Shown piece by piece: positions 1 through 10,674 of a stretch of DNA of 64,000 nt (its first letter is position 1; each line of letters begins with the position of its first letter). The stretch comes from Verrucomicrobiota bacterium (GTDB lineage: Bacteria > Verrucomicrobiota > Verrucomicrobiia > CAIQCK01). The notes under the pieces were generated by a model, which saw only the letters and a program-made list of their open reading frames with translations, did not search any database and had not been told where the DNA came from. Location: the NCBI GenBank assembly GCA_016235595.1, contig JACRJX010000008.1, forward strand, positions 105,092-169,091. The letters run 5' to 3'. The position numbers and the translations under genes were made by a program.

Positions 1-7
1 TCTTTTT

Positions 8-115
8 GCGTTGGGGAGCCGGAGGCCAGTCGCAACGGCCAGGCTGAGAGGCCCGAAAATGTTCGGGCGACCCACTGAACCTGATCCGGGTAATGCCGGC
101 GAAGGGAACTGCGAT
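8..115 (+). promoter_or_regulatory. TPP (THI-box) riboswitch aptamer in the thiC leader
   Basis: Conserved THI-element cores are visible: 'ggctgagag' and 'acctgatccgggtaatgccggcgaagggaa'. It lies directly upstream of thiC. Confidence 0.85.
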
Positions 116-127
116 GACATTTTGAGA

Positions 128-159
128 AGCCATCCCGGTTCGCCGGGATGGCTTTTTTT
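128..159 (+). terminator. Intrinsic terminator (riboswitch expression platform)
   Basis: Hairpin 'agccatcccgg-ttcg-ccgggatggct' followed by a run of 7 T. Confidence 0.7.
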
Positions 160-162
160 GTA

Positions 163-2074
<1,912 letters not shown>

Positions 2075-2161
2075 CGTCTCCGCCTCCGGAAGCATTGGAG
2101 TATTGCCGTGGCCGCGCAGTTTGTGTAACCCCGCGCCGCCGCAGCGGTATCAGTTTGAACA

Positions 2162-3097
2162 ATGCTCACAAGAAACATGCCACGAATCCTTCGACCCGTT
2201 CTCGTTTTGCTGGGCCTCGGTCTTGCCTTGGGGCTGATCGCCAGATTTGGTGGCCAAGCGCCCGATCCCAGGCTGCTCGAACGGGTCGAGTTTGTTCACG
2301 ACGTCGAGATCGGCAAGGGAGGCGGCCGGACGCTGCACGTTGATATTGCCCGTCCGAAGCATCCGCCGTCGGCGCTGATGCCAGCGGTCATTTTCATCCA
2401 CGGCGGCGGCTGGCAGGAAGGCACGCACAGGCAAAATGGCGCGGCCATGCTCCCGCTCTTCGGCTATTTCACTGCCAGCGTCGAGTATCGGCTCAGCGGC
2501 GAGGCGAAATGGCCCGCGCAGATCGAGGACTGCAAGCTCGCCGTGCGCTGGCTGCGCGCCAACGCCGCGAAATACAACGTCAACCCCGACCGCATCGGCG
2601 TCTGGGGCATGAGCGCGGGTGCGCATCTCGCCGCCTGCCTCAGCACGATGGGCGATGCGAAGGAACTGGAGGGCAGCGGCGGTTGGGAGAACGTCAGCAG
2701 CCGTGTCCAGGCTGTGGCGAGTTACTGTGGAGCGTTCAATCTCACCGGGGACTGGCCAGGCAACGACTTGATATGCCATCTCGGCACGAAACTCTGTGGC
2801 GGTCCGCCTGCGGACAAGGCCGCCGTGTGGCGCCAGGCCAGCCCGATTCTGCACATCACGCCCCAATGCCCGCCGTTCCTCCTCGTGCATGGCGACAAAG
2901 ACGACACGGTCCCGTTCGTCCAGTCGGAGCGGATGGAGGCCGCCCTGCGCAAGGCGGGCGTGCCCGTCGAGTTCATCCGCGTCAAGGGCGGCAACCACGG
3001 CATGGCCGCGCCATTCGGTCATCCGGCCCCCGAGCCGGACGTGCAGACCCTCTACAAGCGCGTCGTGGCGTACTTCGACAAACACCTCAAGAAGTGA
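2162..3097 (+). CDS. Secreted alpha/beta hydrolase (esterase/lipase-type)
   Basis: N-terminal hydrophobic signal, oxyanion 'HGGGW', nucleophile elbow 'GMSAGAH', and C-terminal 'HGDKDDTVP' and 'GGNHG' motifs. Confidence 0.8.
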   Translation: MLTRNMPRILRPVLVLLGLGLALGLIARFGGQAPDPRLLERVEFVHDVEIGKGGGRTLHVDIARPKHPPSALMPAVIFIHGGGWQEGTHRQNGAAMLPLFGYFTASVEYRLSGEAKWPAQIEDCKLAVRWLRANAAKYNVNPDRIGVWGMSAGAHLAACLSTMGDAKELEGSGGWENVSSRVQAVASYCGAFNLTGDWPGNDLICHLGTKLCGGPPADKAAVWRQASPILHITPQCPPFLLVHGDKDDTVPFVQSERMEAALRKAGVPVEFIRVKGGNHGMAAPFGHPAPEPDVQTLYKRVVAYFDKHLKK

Positions 3098-3169
3098 ACC
3101 GCGCCGCAGAAAGGTGTCGGTGAGCAGGACACGTTGTCCGCCTACGGATTCCGGGTTCTGATCCCTTGC

Positions 3170-3883
3170 TCAGTTCTTGCGGTAGATCTTCACGTCGTCC
3201 ACCACGGCGTTGCGCGGGATGGAGAGGCGCAGCATGCGCTTGGTCGGGTGCGCGATCCCCGGCGAACGGAAGCTCCCCACGACCTTGCCGTCCACCGCCA
3301 CGCTCATTTCGTCGCCCTCCATCTTCACCTGCAAATCATGCCATTTGCCGATCTCGGTGGTGTGCGGGACGCTCTTGCTCTTCCCGGCAATCGCCTTCTT
3401 CTGCTCATCGGTCAGCGGCTTTTTTCCCTTCCGGGCCTCGTGGATGTCGTTGCGCATGCCGCCGGTCTTGTGATCTATCATCACCACCTGCTTGGCATCC
3501 ACCTTCGCGACGCAGAGGTGACCGGCGTGGACTTCCTTGCATTGCTGGTCGGCAAAATCGAGGCCGAGGCTGTCCTTCGCATCCTCGAGCATAAAGCGCA
3601 GCGTCACCGCGCCGTCCTTGAACTCCGCCGCGTGCGTCACGGACACCGCATGGTCCGCGCGGGGACTGATGTGGATGCGCATCGCGCCGTCCTTGAGATC
3701 CACCTGTTTGTCGCCCTGGGCGCGGGACTTGCTGTTGGTGCCCCAGCCGTTGCCGGGTTCATCGACAGCGGTCTGCGTTTCCTTCCGGTTGAAGTCATCC
3801 TCGAAGATGAGCTTCCCGAGATCGGCAGCGAAGACGGACGTGGAGAGGACGGCAACGGACACAAGCAAGGAAAGAGATTTCAT
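3170..3883 (-). CDS. Secreted concanavalin-A/LamG-like (DUF1080-like) domain protein, paralog 1
   Basis: Signal peptide MKSLSLLVSVAVLSTSVFA. Shares 'FEDDF', 'GHLC.A.V', 'KW..L.V...GDEM.V..DGK' and 'DD.K.' blocks with 4024-4782 and 5985-6596. Confidence 0.6.
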   Translation of the reverse strand: MKSLSLLVSVAVLSTSVFAADLGKLIFEDDFNRKETQTAVDEPGNGWGTNSKSRAQGDKQVDLKDGAMRIHISPRADHAVSVTHAAEFKDGAVTLRFMLEDAKDSLGLDFADQQCKEVHAGHLCVAKVDAKQVVMIDHKTGGMRNDIHEARKGKKPLTDEQKKAIAGKSKSVPHTTEIGKWHDLQVKMEGDEMSVAVDGKVVGSFRSPGIAHPTKRMLRLSIPRNAVVDDVKIYRKN

Positions 3884-4023
3884 GGCCGGAATGTATCACG
3901 CATCCGAAACCGAGAGGAAGCTGCAAACTGCGGCGATTCTCGCGCCCGGTATCGCGCCTTCTTCCGCAACCACCATTCCACGTCCCGCTTGTGCTCGGCG
4001 ACGTGAGGCGGTATACGTCAGCC

Positions 4024-4782
4024 ATGAACATGCGCCTTATCCTCGCCCCTCTCTGCCTCATCACCACTGTCGCCCTTGCCGCCAGCGCGCCGAAGCTGCC
4101 TGACGTCCCGGCAAAATCAATCGCCGTGAAGAAGGAACTCCTCTTCTCCGACGACTTCCAGGGCGCCACGCCGGCCAAGGTCTGGCACAAGGTCGTCGCG
4201 ACCTTCACCGTCGAAAACGGCGCGCTCAAGGGCACCCAGACCCGCGACAAGACCATCCCCGCCGCCAACGGCAAACCCGAGATCAAGGCCCACGCCGCCG
4301 TGCACGGCCTGCAAATCCCCACCAAGGACAGCGTCGTCGAGTGCAGGATCAAGTTCGAGGGCGCCACGATGATTGACGTCGAGTTCGACGACCGCGAATT
4401 CAAAGGCTCCCACTACGGTCACCTCTGCCGCGCCCAAGTCCGCCTCAACGGCGTCACCATTATTGACGAGCGCGACGGCGGCATGAAGAACGAGATCCGC
4501 GAGATGCGCAATGACCCGTCCAAGAAGGCCGAACTCGCCAAGCTCCTCAAGGGCCGCAGCGTCACCTATCCCGCCAAGCTCGAAGCCGGCAAGTGGTATA
4601 CGCTCGTTGTCGAGACCGTCGGCGATGAGATGCGCGTCACCCTCGACGGCAAACCCGCCGCCTTCCTCAAGTCCTCCGGCATTGCCCACGCCACCAAGAG
4701 CAAGATCGAGTTGGGCGTCGCCGGTAAAGACGGCTTCTTCGACGACATCAAGGTCTGGAACGCCGAGCCGGTGAAGAGGTGA
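4024..4782 (+). CDS. Secreted concanavalin-A/LamG-like (DUF1080-like) domain protein, paralog 2
   Basis: Start chosen at MNMRLIL (signal peptide) inside ORF 3991-4782. Clear similarity to paralog 1 (HLCRAQV..., KWYTLVVETVGDEMRVTLDGK, FFDDIKVWN). Confidence 0.6.
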   Translation: MNMRLILAPLCLITTVALAASAPKLPDVPAKSIAVKKELLFSDDFQGATPAKVWHKVVATFTVENGALKGTQTRDKTIPAANGKPEIKAHAAVHGLQIPTKDSVVECRIKFEGATMIDVEFDDREFKGSHYGHLCRAQVRLNGVTIIDERDGGMKNEIREMRNDPSKKAELAKLLKGRSVTYPAKLEAGKWYTLVVETVGDEMRVTLDGKPAAFLKSSGIAHATKSKIELGVAGKDGFFDDIKVWNAEPVKR

Positions 4783-4855
4783 GCGTTCACACACAAATCC
4801 GCGGAAGTTTGCGCGAAGGCGTGAGCGACGCCGTGTCTTGGCGGTCGGCTAAATA

Positions 4856-5875
4856 ATGAATGTCGCCAATGAGAACCAGCATTGGATTTCCCAGCATCTG
4901 CTGAAGCGATTCAAGACCGAGGGTGCTCCATTCCAGTGTTACCAAGTGGAAACTGGTGAATGGGTGCCGAGAAGTCTCGATCACGCATGCGCAGCGCCAG
5001 GCTACAACCAACTTTTGGTTTCTGGAGAAGCGGACAACACTCTTGAGGCGGCATTTTCCAAAGTCGAATCTGGTTTACGGAATACGCTCAGAGCGCTTGA
5101 GGATGCCGTAAAGAAGCCGCTGACCGAGTTACCTCAAGCTGTGTATGAGAACATGTGTTGGTATTGTTCTTTTTTGAAAGGCATCGCTCCATACTCCAAA
5201 CCCGGTGCCGTGGTCAGTTTCATCATCCAAGTGAACACGGAACTGGAAAGTGGCAGCAATTCATTGCTTCGAGACCTGAACGTTCCTGAAGAGACGATTC
5301 GCGAACTGCGACGGCAATGTGCAATGGGACGCAAGGTAATCATCGAATCCGAGAACCTCCTCCAGTTGCTTTATCGGTTTCAGTTCCGACGCAATTACCG
5401 ATGCGACTACAGCCAGTTTCTTAGCACGAAATGGGCGGTTTCCAGTTCACCCATCGAGATTGCAATGTCAGACGTTGGATTGGTGCCGACGTTTCAGAAA
5501 GATTACAAAGCAAACCATTACCTATTGCCAATCGGTCCGAACCTTTTGCTCGAAGGTATTTTCTTCCACGACCTGAGCAAGAATTCATCGCGGCCTGTTG
5601 TAAGGGGAATGAATCTAACCGATGACGAAGCCGAGTATCGCTTTGAATGTATTTGCGCCTCAGCCATAACAGAGATCATCTGTGCTCGGAAGCTCTCAAA
5701 CATTCCTGAGGCTCGCAGGCGAGCGAATGCGAACGGGATCAGGTTCTGTAAGATCCCCAATCCTAAGAGCATCACTTCGTCGGGCCTCGTGGACGTGGGT
5801 GAGGGTGATTTTCGCTTTCGAATCGTTTCAGTCGAAGAATACGTCAAAGTAGTCCATGCGCACGTGCAGCCTTGA
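4856..5875 (+). CDS. DUF4238-like protein (low-GC insertion)
   Basis: 339-aa ORF. N-terminal 'NQHWISQHLLKRF' resembles the DUF4238 signature (H-Y-V-P-Q-F-Y-L-k-x-F). A hand count of one 60-nt line (5161-5220) gives about 47% GC, against about 60% or more in the flanks. Confidence 0.55.
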   Translation: MNVANENQHWISQHLLKRFKTEGAPFQCYQVETGEWVPRSLDHACAAPGYNQLLVSGEADNTLEAAFSKVESGLRNTLRALEDAVKKPLTELPQAVYENMCWYCSFLKGIAPYSKPGAVVSFIIQVNTELESGSNSLLRDLNVPEETIRELRRQCAMGRKVIIESENLLQLLYRFQFRRNYRCDYSQFLSTKWAVSSSPIEIAMSDVGLVPTFQKDYKANHYLLPIGPNLLLEGIFFHDLSKNSSRPVVRGMNLTDDEAEYRFECICASAITEIICARKLSNIPEARRRANANGIRFCKIPNPKSITSSGLVDVGEGDFRFRIVSVEEYVKVVHAHVQP

Positions 5876-5984
5876 AACAAACCACCCTAGGTCATCCGCC
5901 AAAACAGTCCTCAATCCCTTCGGGATTGAGCTGCAGTCGCTCCTCGATTGAACTTCTCCCGCTTTTGTGTTCGACTTCCATTCC

Positions 5985-6596
5985 ATGAAAACACTTTCTT
6001 TTCTCCTCGCCATGGTCCTAGCCCAAACGACGGCGTTTGCCGATGACGCCAAACCTCTTCTCGTCCAGCCGGGAAAGGTTGTGGCCCAGCCGGACCTCAA
6101 GCAACCGCTCGGCGCTGAGTGGAAGGCGGTGAAGGGAACGTGGGAGCCGAAAGACGGGGAGCTGGTGTGCGCGGAGGTGCCGGCGGACAAACATTCCGCG
6201 GTGCTGTGGCATCTGGTGGGATTGCAAAGCGCGGTGATCGAATGCGAGTTCCAGTTCGATGGCGGCAGGGTGTTCATCATCGGCTGCGATTCGGCCAAGG
6301 GACACGTCGGGCGGGTGACCATCACGCCGAAGCTGGCGCGGATCACGGAAGACGCCTCGGCGGTGAAAGGCAAGACTCCCCCAAAGACCCTCGCCGAGGC
6401 CGCGCTCGACCTGAAACCGGGCCAATGGTATCCGGCGCGGTTGGAGTGGACGGGCGACAAGATGGCGGCGCGTGTGGCTGGCAAGGAAATCCGCGGCGAG
6501 AATGAGAAACTCTCCGTGCCAAAGACTCGCTGGTGGTTTGCTGTCGGCGGCGCGAAGGTCCGCGTGAAGAACATCAAGGCGTGCGAGGGGAAGTAG
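5985..6596 (+). CDS. Secreted concanavalin-A/LamG-like domain protein, paralog 3
   Basis: Start at MKTLSFLLAMVLAQTTAFA (signal peptide) within ORF 5967-6596. Architecture matches paralogs 1 and 2 ('W.AVKG.W', 'GHVGRVTI', 'QWYPARLEWTGDKMAARVAGK'). Confidence 0.55.
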   Translation: MKTLSFLLAMVLAQTTAFADDAKPLLVQPGKVVAQPDLKQPLGAEWKAVKGTWEPKDGELVCAEVPADKHSAVLWHLVGLQSAVIECEFQFDGGRVFIIGCDSAKGHVGRVTITPKLARITEDASAVKGKTPPKTLAEAALDLKPGQWYPARLEWTGDKMAARVAGKEIRGENEKLSVPKTRWWFAVGGAKVRVKNIKACEGK

Positions 6597-6606
6597 GGGG
6601 CGGAGA

Positions 6607-6641
6607 GATCAGAGATCAGAAGTCAGAGGTCAGTGGTCAGA
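6607..6641. repeat. Solo array of five degenerate heptamers (gatcaga gatcaga agtcaga ggtcagt ggtcaga)
   Basis: 7-nt periodicity read directly, starting just after the stop codon at 6596. Confidence 0.8.
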
Positions 6642-6828
6642 GTTGGGGAAGGCTTTGGAAAAACAGGCCGGAATCCTCCGGCAGCGCGAGTCCGTGCGAC
6701 GGGGTAGGGCGAGCCGTCCCTGGCGAGCCGTTTTGCTTCTGAAATGCGTGGGCTGCGGCTCAGCGGGACGCTTCGCCCTGCCATCCTGACCGCCCTCAAA
6801 CCCCGCCTCGGCGGCGCTGATTTTTGTT

Positions 6829-6856
6829 TAAAGTGCCCGCATCCGTTTGCCGATGC
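6829..6856 (+). promoter_or_regulatory. Putative sigma-28 (FliA) promoter for flagellin
   Basis: 'TAAAGTGC' - 12 nt - 'GCCGATGC' compared with the consensus TAAAGTTT-N11-GCCGATAA. About 95 nt upstream of the flagellin ATG. Confidence 0.5.
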
Positions 6857-6950
6857 TCTTGTCGCGGCAAGCCTGTACGGAGGCCGAGTACCAGCAGCAT
6901 GGACGCTGCCGGTTGAAGAAACCATAAACGACGTTAAAGGATGAACGCCC

Positions 6951-8102
6951 ATGGTCATCAACACAAACATACAGGCGCAAACAGGCGCGCGGCTGCTGGG
7001 AGAATCCTCCAGCCGACTCTCACAATCCCTGGCCCGGCTCTCTTCCGGCTCCAAGATCGTTTCGCCGGCCGACGATGCCGCCGGTCTGGCCGTTTCGACA
7101 CGGTTCGACGCCGAGATCAGCCGCACCGGGGCCGCCATCAACAACCTCGGCAACACCCTCTCGTTCTGTCAAACCCAGGATGGATACCTGGGCAAGATCG
7201 GCAAGGCGCTCGACCGCATGAGCGAGCTGGCCATGCTGGCGCAGGATATCACCAAGACCGACTCCGACCGGAGCCTTTACAACCAGGAGTTCCAGACGCT
7301 CAAAAGCTACGTCAACAGCGTCACGACCAAGGATTTCAACGGCGTGTCCCTGTTTGGAGGCGGCGCGCTGAACGTAACCATCGATTCCGACGGCGCCACG
7401 CTCCAGATGGATGGCATCAACGGTGACTATGTGCCAACCGGCCCATATGCGACTTTGTCCACCCTCTTCAGCGCGATCGCTCCCGAAATGACCGGTACAG
7501 TGTGTATCATGCAGGATTTGGGGGGAGGCTCGGCAATGGGCATAGGCGTTGAATCCACGTATGATCTGAACTCGGTTATGGAGAACTTTAATGATCAGTT
7601 CAGCAGCGCAGCATCTATCTCCTATAATTCCAGCACAGGCGAGTTGTCCTTGACGATCCAAGCAGGGAAGAAATTCTATTTTGAAGATCAGGATCTCAAT
7701 CTCCTTTCCTCGTTCATCGGAATCAACGCGTCGGATCTCGACAACTCGGGTGGCAGCACCGACAAAGTCTTGACCACCACACTGACGGTCAGCGGCGGCT
7801 CGATGGACATCAGCACCGCCAGCGGCGCGGTGTCGGCGCTGACCACGGTCAAGTCGGCGATCAGCCAGGTCGCCGCGGATCGTGCGTCGGTCGGCGCGAC
7901 CATCGCGCGTTTGAACTCGACCAGCGAAAGCCTGGGCACCCTCAAGGAGAATCTGGCCGCCGCCAACAGCCGCATCAAGGATGTGGACGTGGCGGAGGAA
8001 AGCACGGCGTTTGCCCGTTACAACATCCTGGTGCAATCCGGCACCGCGATGCTCGCCCAAGCCAACTCGACGCCGAACAGCGTCTTGAAACTGTTGAGTT
8101 AA
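6951..8102 (+). CDS. fliC: Flagellin
   Basis: Conserved N-terminus 'MVINTNIQAQ...LSSGSKIVSPADDAAGLAVS' and C-terminus '...AQANSTPNSVLKLLS', with a variable central region. Confidence 0.95.
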   Translation: MVINTNIQAQTGARLLGESSSRLSQSLARLSSGSKIVSPADDAAGLAVSTRFDAEISRTGAAINNLGNTLSFCQTQDGYLGKIGKALDRMSELAMLAQDITKTDSDRSLYNQEFQTLKSYVNSVTTKDFNGVSLFGGGALNVTIDSDGATLQMDGINGDYVPTGPYATLSTLFSAIAPEMTGTVCIMQDLGGGSAMGIGVESTYDLNSVMENFNDQFSSAASISYNSSTGELSLTIQAGKKFYFEDQDLNLLSSFIGINASDLDNSGGSTDKVLTTTLTVSGGSMDISTASGAVSALTTVKSAISQVAADRASVGATIARLNSTSESLGTLKENLAAANSRIKDVDVAEESTAFARYNILVQSGTAMLAQANSTPNSVLKLLS

Positions 8103-8159
8103 AGCCTTCCGGGAGCGACGCGATGAGAGGCTTTTGCCTCACGCGATGACAACCGCAAA

Positions 8160-8489
8160 GGGCGTGTTGCCCAAATCATGATGGTGTCATGGATGTTCTG
8201 TCGTCCCTACGGGACTCACCGATCTCGAGATCACGGTTCCCGCCAGTACCCGCCAGTAAACTGGCGGGCTATTTTCGAGTGTCCCTACGGGACAACCGTT
8301 GGACCTGGCAACGTCCCGTCTCGGCGGAAATGTTGACGACGCCTTCGGCAACCTCCGCGACAAGCGTCTGCTCCGGCAACGTCCCGTTAGGGACGGTGCG
8401 ACAATAGCCCGGCGTTTCAACGCCGGGAACGCGATGGAAACATGGCAGAGTCCCGTCAGGGACGATTGAATGATTTGGGCAACACGCCC
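8160..8489. mobile_element. MITE-like non-coding element with perfect 20-bp terminal inverted repeats
   Basis: 'gggcgtgttgcccaaatcat' (8160-8179) is the exact reverse complement of 'atgatttgggcaacacgccc' (8470-8489). The interior is packed with short hairpins (gtccctacgggac x2, gtcccgttagggac, gtcccgtcagggac, cccgccagtaaactggcggg, cccggcgtttcaacgccggg). Confidence 0.55.
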
Positions 8490-8731
8490 CAAAGACGCAA
8501 CCCTCTCGCTTGCTGCTGGCAAATGCGGCGGATTCGGCGCATGTTGGTCGCATGGCAAAGAAAGGAAAGAAAACGCTGTTCCATCGTCACGTCTCGGTGT
8601 TTCAACGGGAGGCCGCCTGCCAGACCAATCCGCTGAAAGGTGTGAGCCGCAAGACCGCCCCGACAAAGCCGCCGAAAATCGGTTGATCGGTGCGCCGCCC
8701 GAACATCGCCCGGAGCTGACACGTCCCATTC

Positions 8732-10633
8732 ATGAGTTCTCCCACTCCCGCTTTGCTTTCCGCCAATGAACTGGCGCTGACCTTTGGCATTCAGCAGGTG
8801 CTCAGTGGCGCGACGCTGGCGGTGGCGCCGGGTGAAAAGGTGGGATTGGTCGGGCGCAACGGCTGCGGCAAGACGTGTCTCTTGAAAATCCTCGCCGGCA
8901 CGGGCCACGCCGAGGCGGGTGAAATCTCGCGGCGTCGCGGCCTGCGCGTCGGCTATCTGCCGCAGGAGTTCGAGCTGGATGGCACGAAGACCGTGCGCGA
9001 GAACATCGAGGCTGGCGCGGCGGACTTGATGGACTGGCTGAGCCGCTACGAGGCCGGCCACCGCAGCGACGCGGAAATGGCGGAGTTGCTGCACGCCATC
9101 GAGGTCGCCGACGGATGGAACCTGCAGGCGCGGATCAAGGCGAGCGCCTCCGCGTTGTTCGCCCCTCCGCTGGATGCGTTGGTGGGGCCGCTGTCGGGCG
9201 GCGAGAAGCGGCGCGTGGCCCTCTGCCGCGCGCTGGCGCCGCAGCCGGACCTGCTGCTGCTCGACGAGCCGACGAACCATCTCGACGCGGAATCCATCCG
9301 CTGGCTGGAGGAGTTCCTCCAGAAATTCCCGGGCGCGGTGATCTTCGTCACACACGACCGCTATTTCCTCGATGTCATCGCCACGCGGATCGTCGAACTG
9401 GCCGACGGCCGGTGCTTCTCGCATCCGGGCAACTACACGGCCTATCTGGAATCGAAAGCCATCCGCCAGCAGGTCGCCGAGCAGGCCGAGCGTCGGCGGC
9501 AGCGGTTTCTGCGCGTGGAACTCGAGTGGGTGCGCGCCGGCGTGCGGGCGCAACGGTCGAAAGCGCGCCACCGTCTGGACACGTTCTACCAGACCGCCGG
9601 ACTCGAAGCGCCGCCCGAGGAACAGGAAATGGACCTCTTGATTCCGCCCGCGCCGGAGCTGGGCAACATCGCCGTGAACCTCACCGACGCCAGCGCCAAA
9701 GTCGGCGAGGGCGGCGCGGAACGCTGGCTCTTTCGCGGCCTGAACTTTTCCCTGAAGCCGGGCGAGTGCACCGGCGTGGTGGGCCGCAACGGCGCGGGCA
9801 AGACCACGCTCCTGCGCCTCTGCATGGGTGAACGCCCGCCCGACGAGGGCGTCGTGACCATCGGGAAAAAGGTGACGTTCAACTACATTGACCAGGCGCG
9901 CATGCAGCTCAACAGCGCCAACACCGTGCTGGACGAAATCGCAGGCGGTTGCGAGCGGATCGCCTTCGGCGAGGAGAGCTTGAGCGCGCGCTCCTACCTG
10001 CGGCGGTTCCTGTTCAGCGACGAGCGCGTCAACGAACCGGTCTCCAACCTTTCCGGCGGCGAGCGGGCGCGGCTGATGCTGGCGAAGGTGTTGCGGCGCG
10101 GCGGCAACGTGCTGGTGCTGGACGAGCCGACCAACGACCTCGACCTGCCCAGCCTGCGGATGCTGGAGGAATCGCTGGCGGATTTTGACGGCAGCGTGCT
10201 GGTGGTCAGCCACGACCGTTATTTCCTGGACCGTATCTGCGACCAGATCGTGGCCTTCGAGGACGCCGGGGTTGTCGTGCAGCCGGGCAACTACTCGTAT
10301 TACCTTGAGAAGCGAAAGGAACGCGAGCAGCGCGAGAAACCGGCGTCCGGACCCGCCGCCAACTCCTTGCCGCTTGAGCCGGAGCTTTCGGCCAAGTCCA
10401 GCCGCTCGCGCAAGCTGAGTTTCAAGGAGCAACGCGAGTTTGCCGGCATGGAGGCTGCGATCCAGACGGCGGAAGCGCGCGCAGCGGAACTCGAAGCGGC
10501 GTTGAACGACCCCAATTTCTACACCACGCGCGCGAAGGAAGCGCCGGGACTCATCGCTGAACTGGAAGCAACCAAGGCCGAAGTGGCCCGCCTCTACGCC
10601 CGGTGGGAGGAACTGGACCGAATCGGCCGGTAG
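8732..10633 (+). CDS. ABC-F family ATPase (Uup/EttA-like, two ABC domains, no transmembrane domain)
   Basis: Two Walker A motifs (GRNGCGKT, GRNGAGKT), two LSGGE signatures, an inter-domain linker and a C-terminal coiled-coil tail. Confidence 0.9.
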   Translation: MSSPTPALLSANELALTFGIQQVLSGATLAVAPGEKVGLVGRNGCGKTCLLKILAGTGHAEAGEISRRRGLRVGYLPQEFELDGTKTVRENIEAGAADLMDWLSRYEAGHRSDAEMAELLHAIEVADGWNLQARIKASASALFAPPLDALVGPLSGGEKRRVALCRALAPQPDLLLLDEPTNHLDAESIRWLEEFLQKFPGAVIFVTHDRYFLDVIATRIVELADGRCFSHPGNYTAYLESKAIRQQVAEQAERRRQRFLRVELEWVRAGVRAQRSKARHRLDTFYQTAGLEAPPEEQEMDLLIPPAPELGNIAVNLTDASAKVGEGGAERWLFRGLNFSLKPGECTGVVGRNGAGKTTLLRLCMGERPPDEGVVTIGKKVTFNYIDQARMQLNSANTVLDEIAGGCERIAFGEESLSARSYLRRFLFSDERVNEPVSNLSGGERARLMLAKVLRRGGNVLVLDEPTNDLDLPSLRMLEESLADFDGSVLVVSHDRYFLDRICDQIVAFEDAGVVVQPGNYSYYLEKRKEREQREKPASGPAANSLPLEPELSAKSSRSRKLSFKEQREFAGMEAAIQTAEARAAELEAALNDPNFYTTRAKEAPGLIAELEATKAEVARLYARWEELDRIGR

Positions 10634-10674
10634 AAGACGCCCGCACGGGAACTGGAAACTTGTTTCCGAGGCAG

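Noticed and set aside
6623-7156. 177-aa minus-strand ORF upstream of and overlapping the flagellin gene
   Set aside because: It overlaps the flagellin N-terminus in antisense and covers the promoter region. It has no motifs.
8187-8729. 180-aa minus-strand ORF and the small ORFs 8189-8407 and 8269-8553
   Set aside because: They translate the hairpin-rich interior of the MITE-like element; the repeats give PYGT/SLRD-type peptides. No start context or family was found.
8456-10432. 658-aa ORF on the minus strand
   Set aside because: It is entirely antisense to the well-supported ABC-F gene. It is Arg/Ala/Gly-rich with no motifs, which is the typical high-GC shadow ORF.
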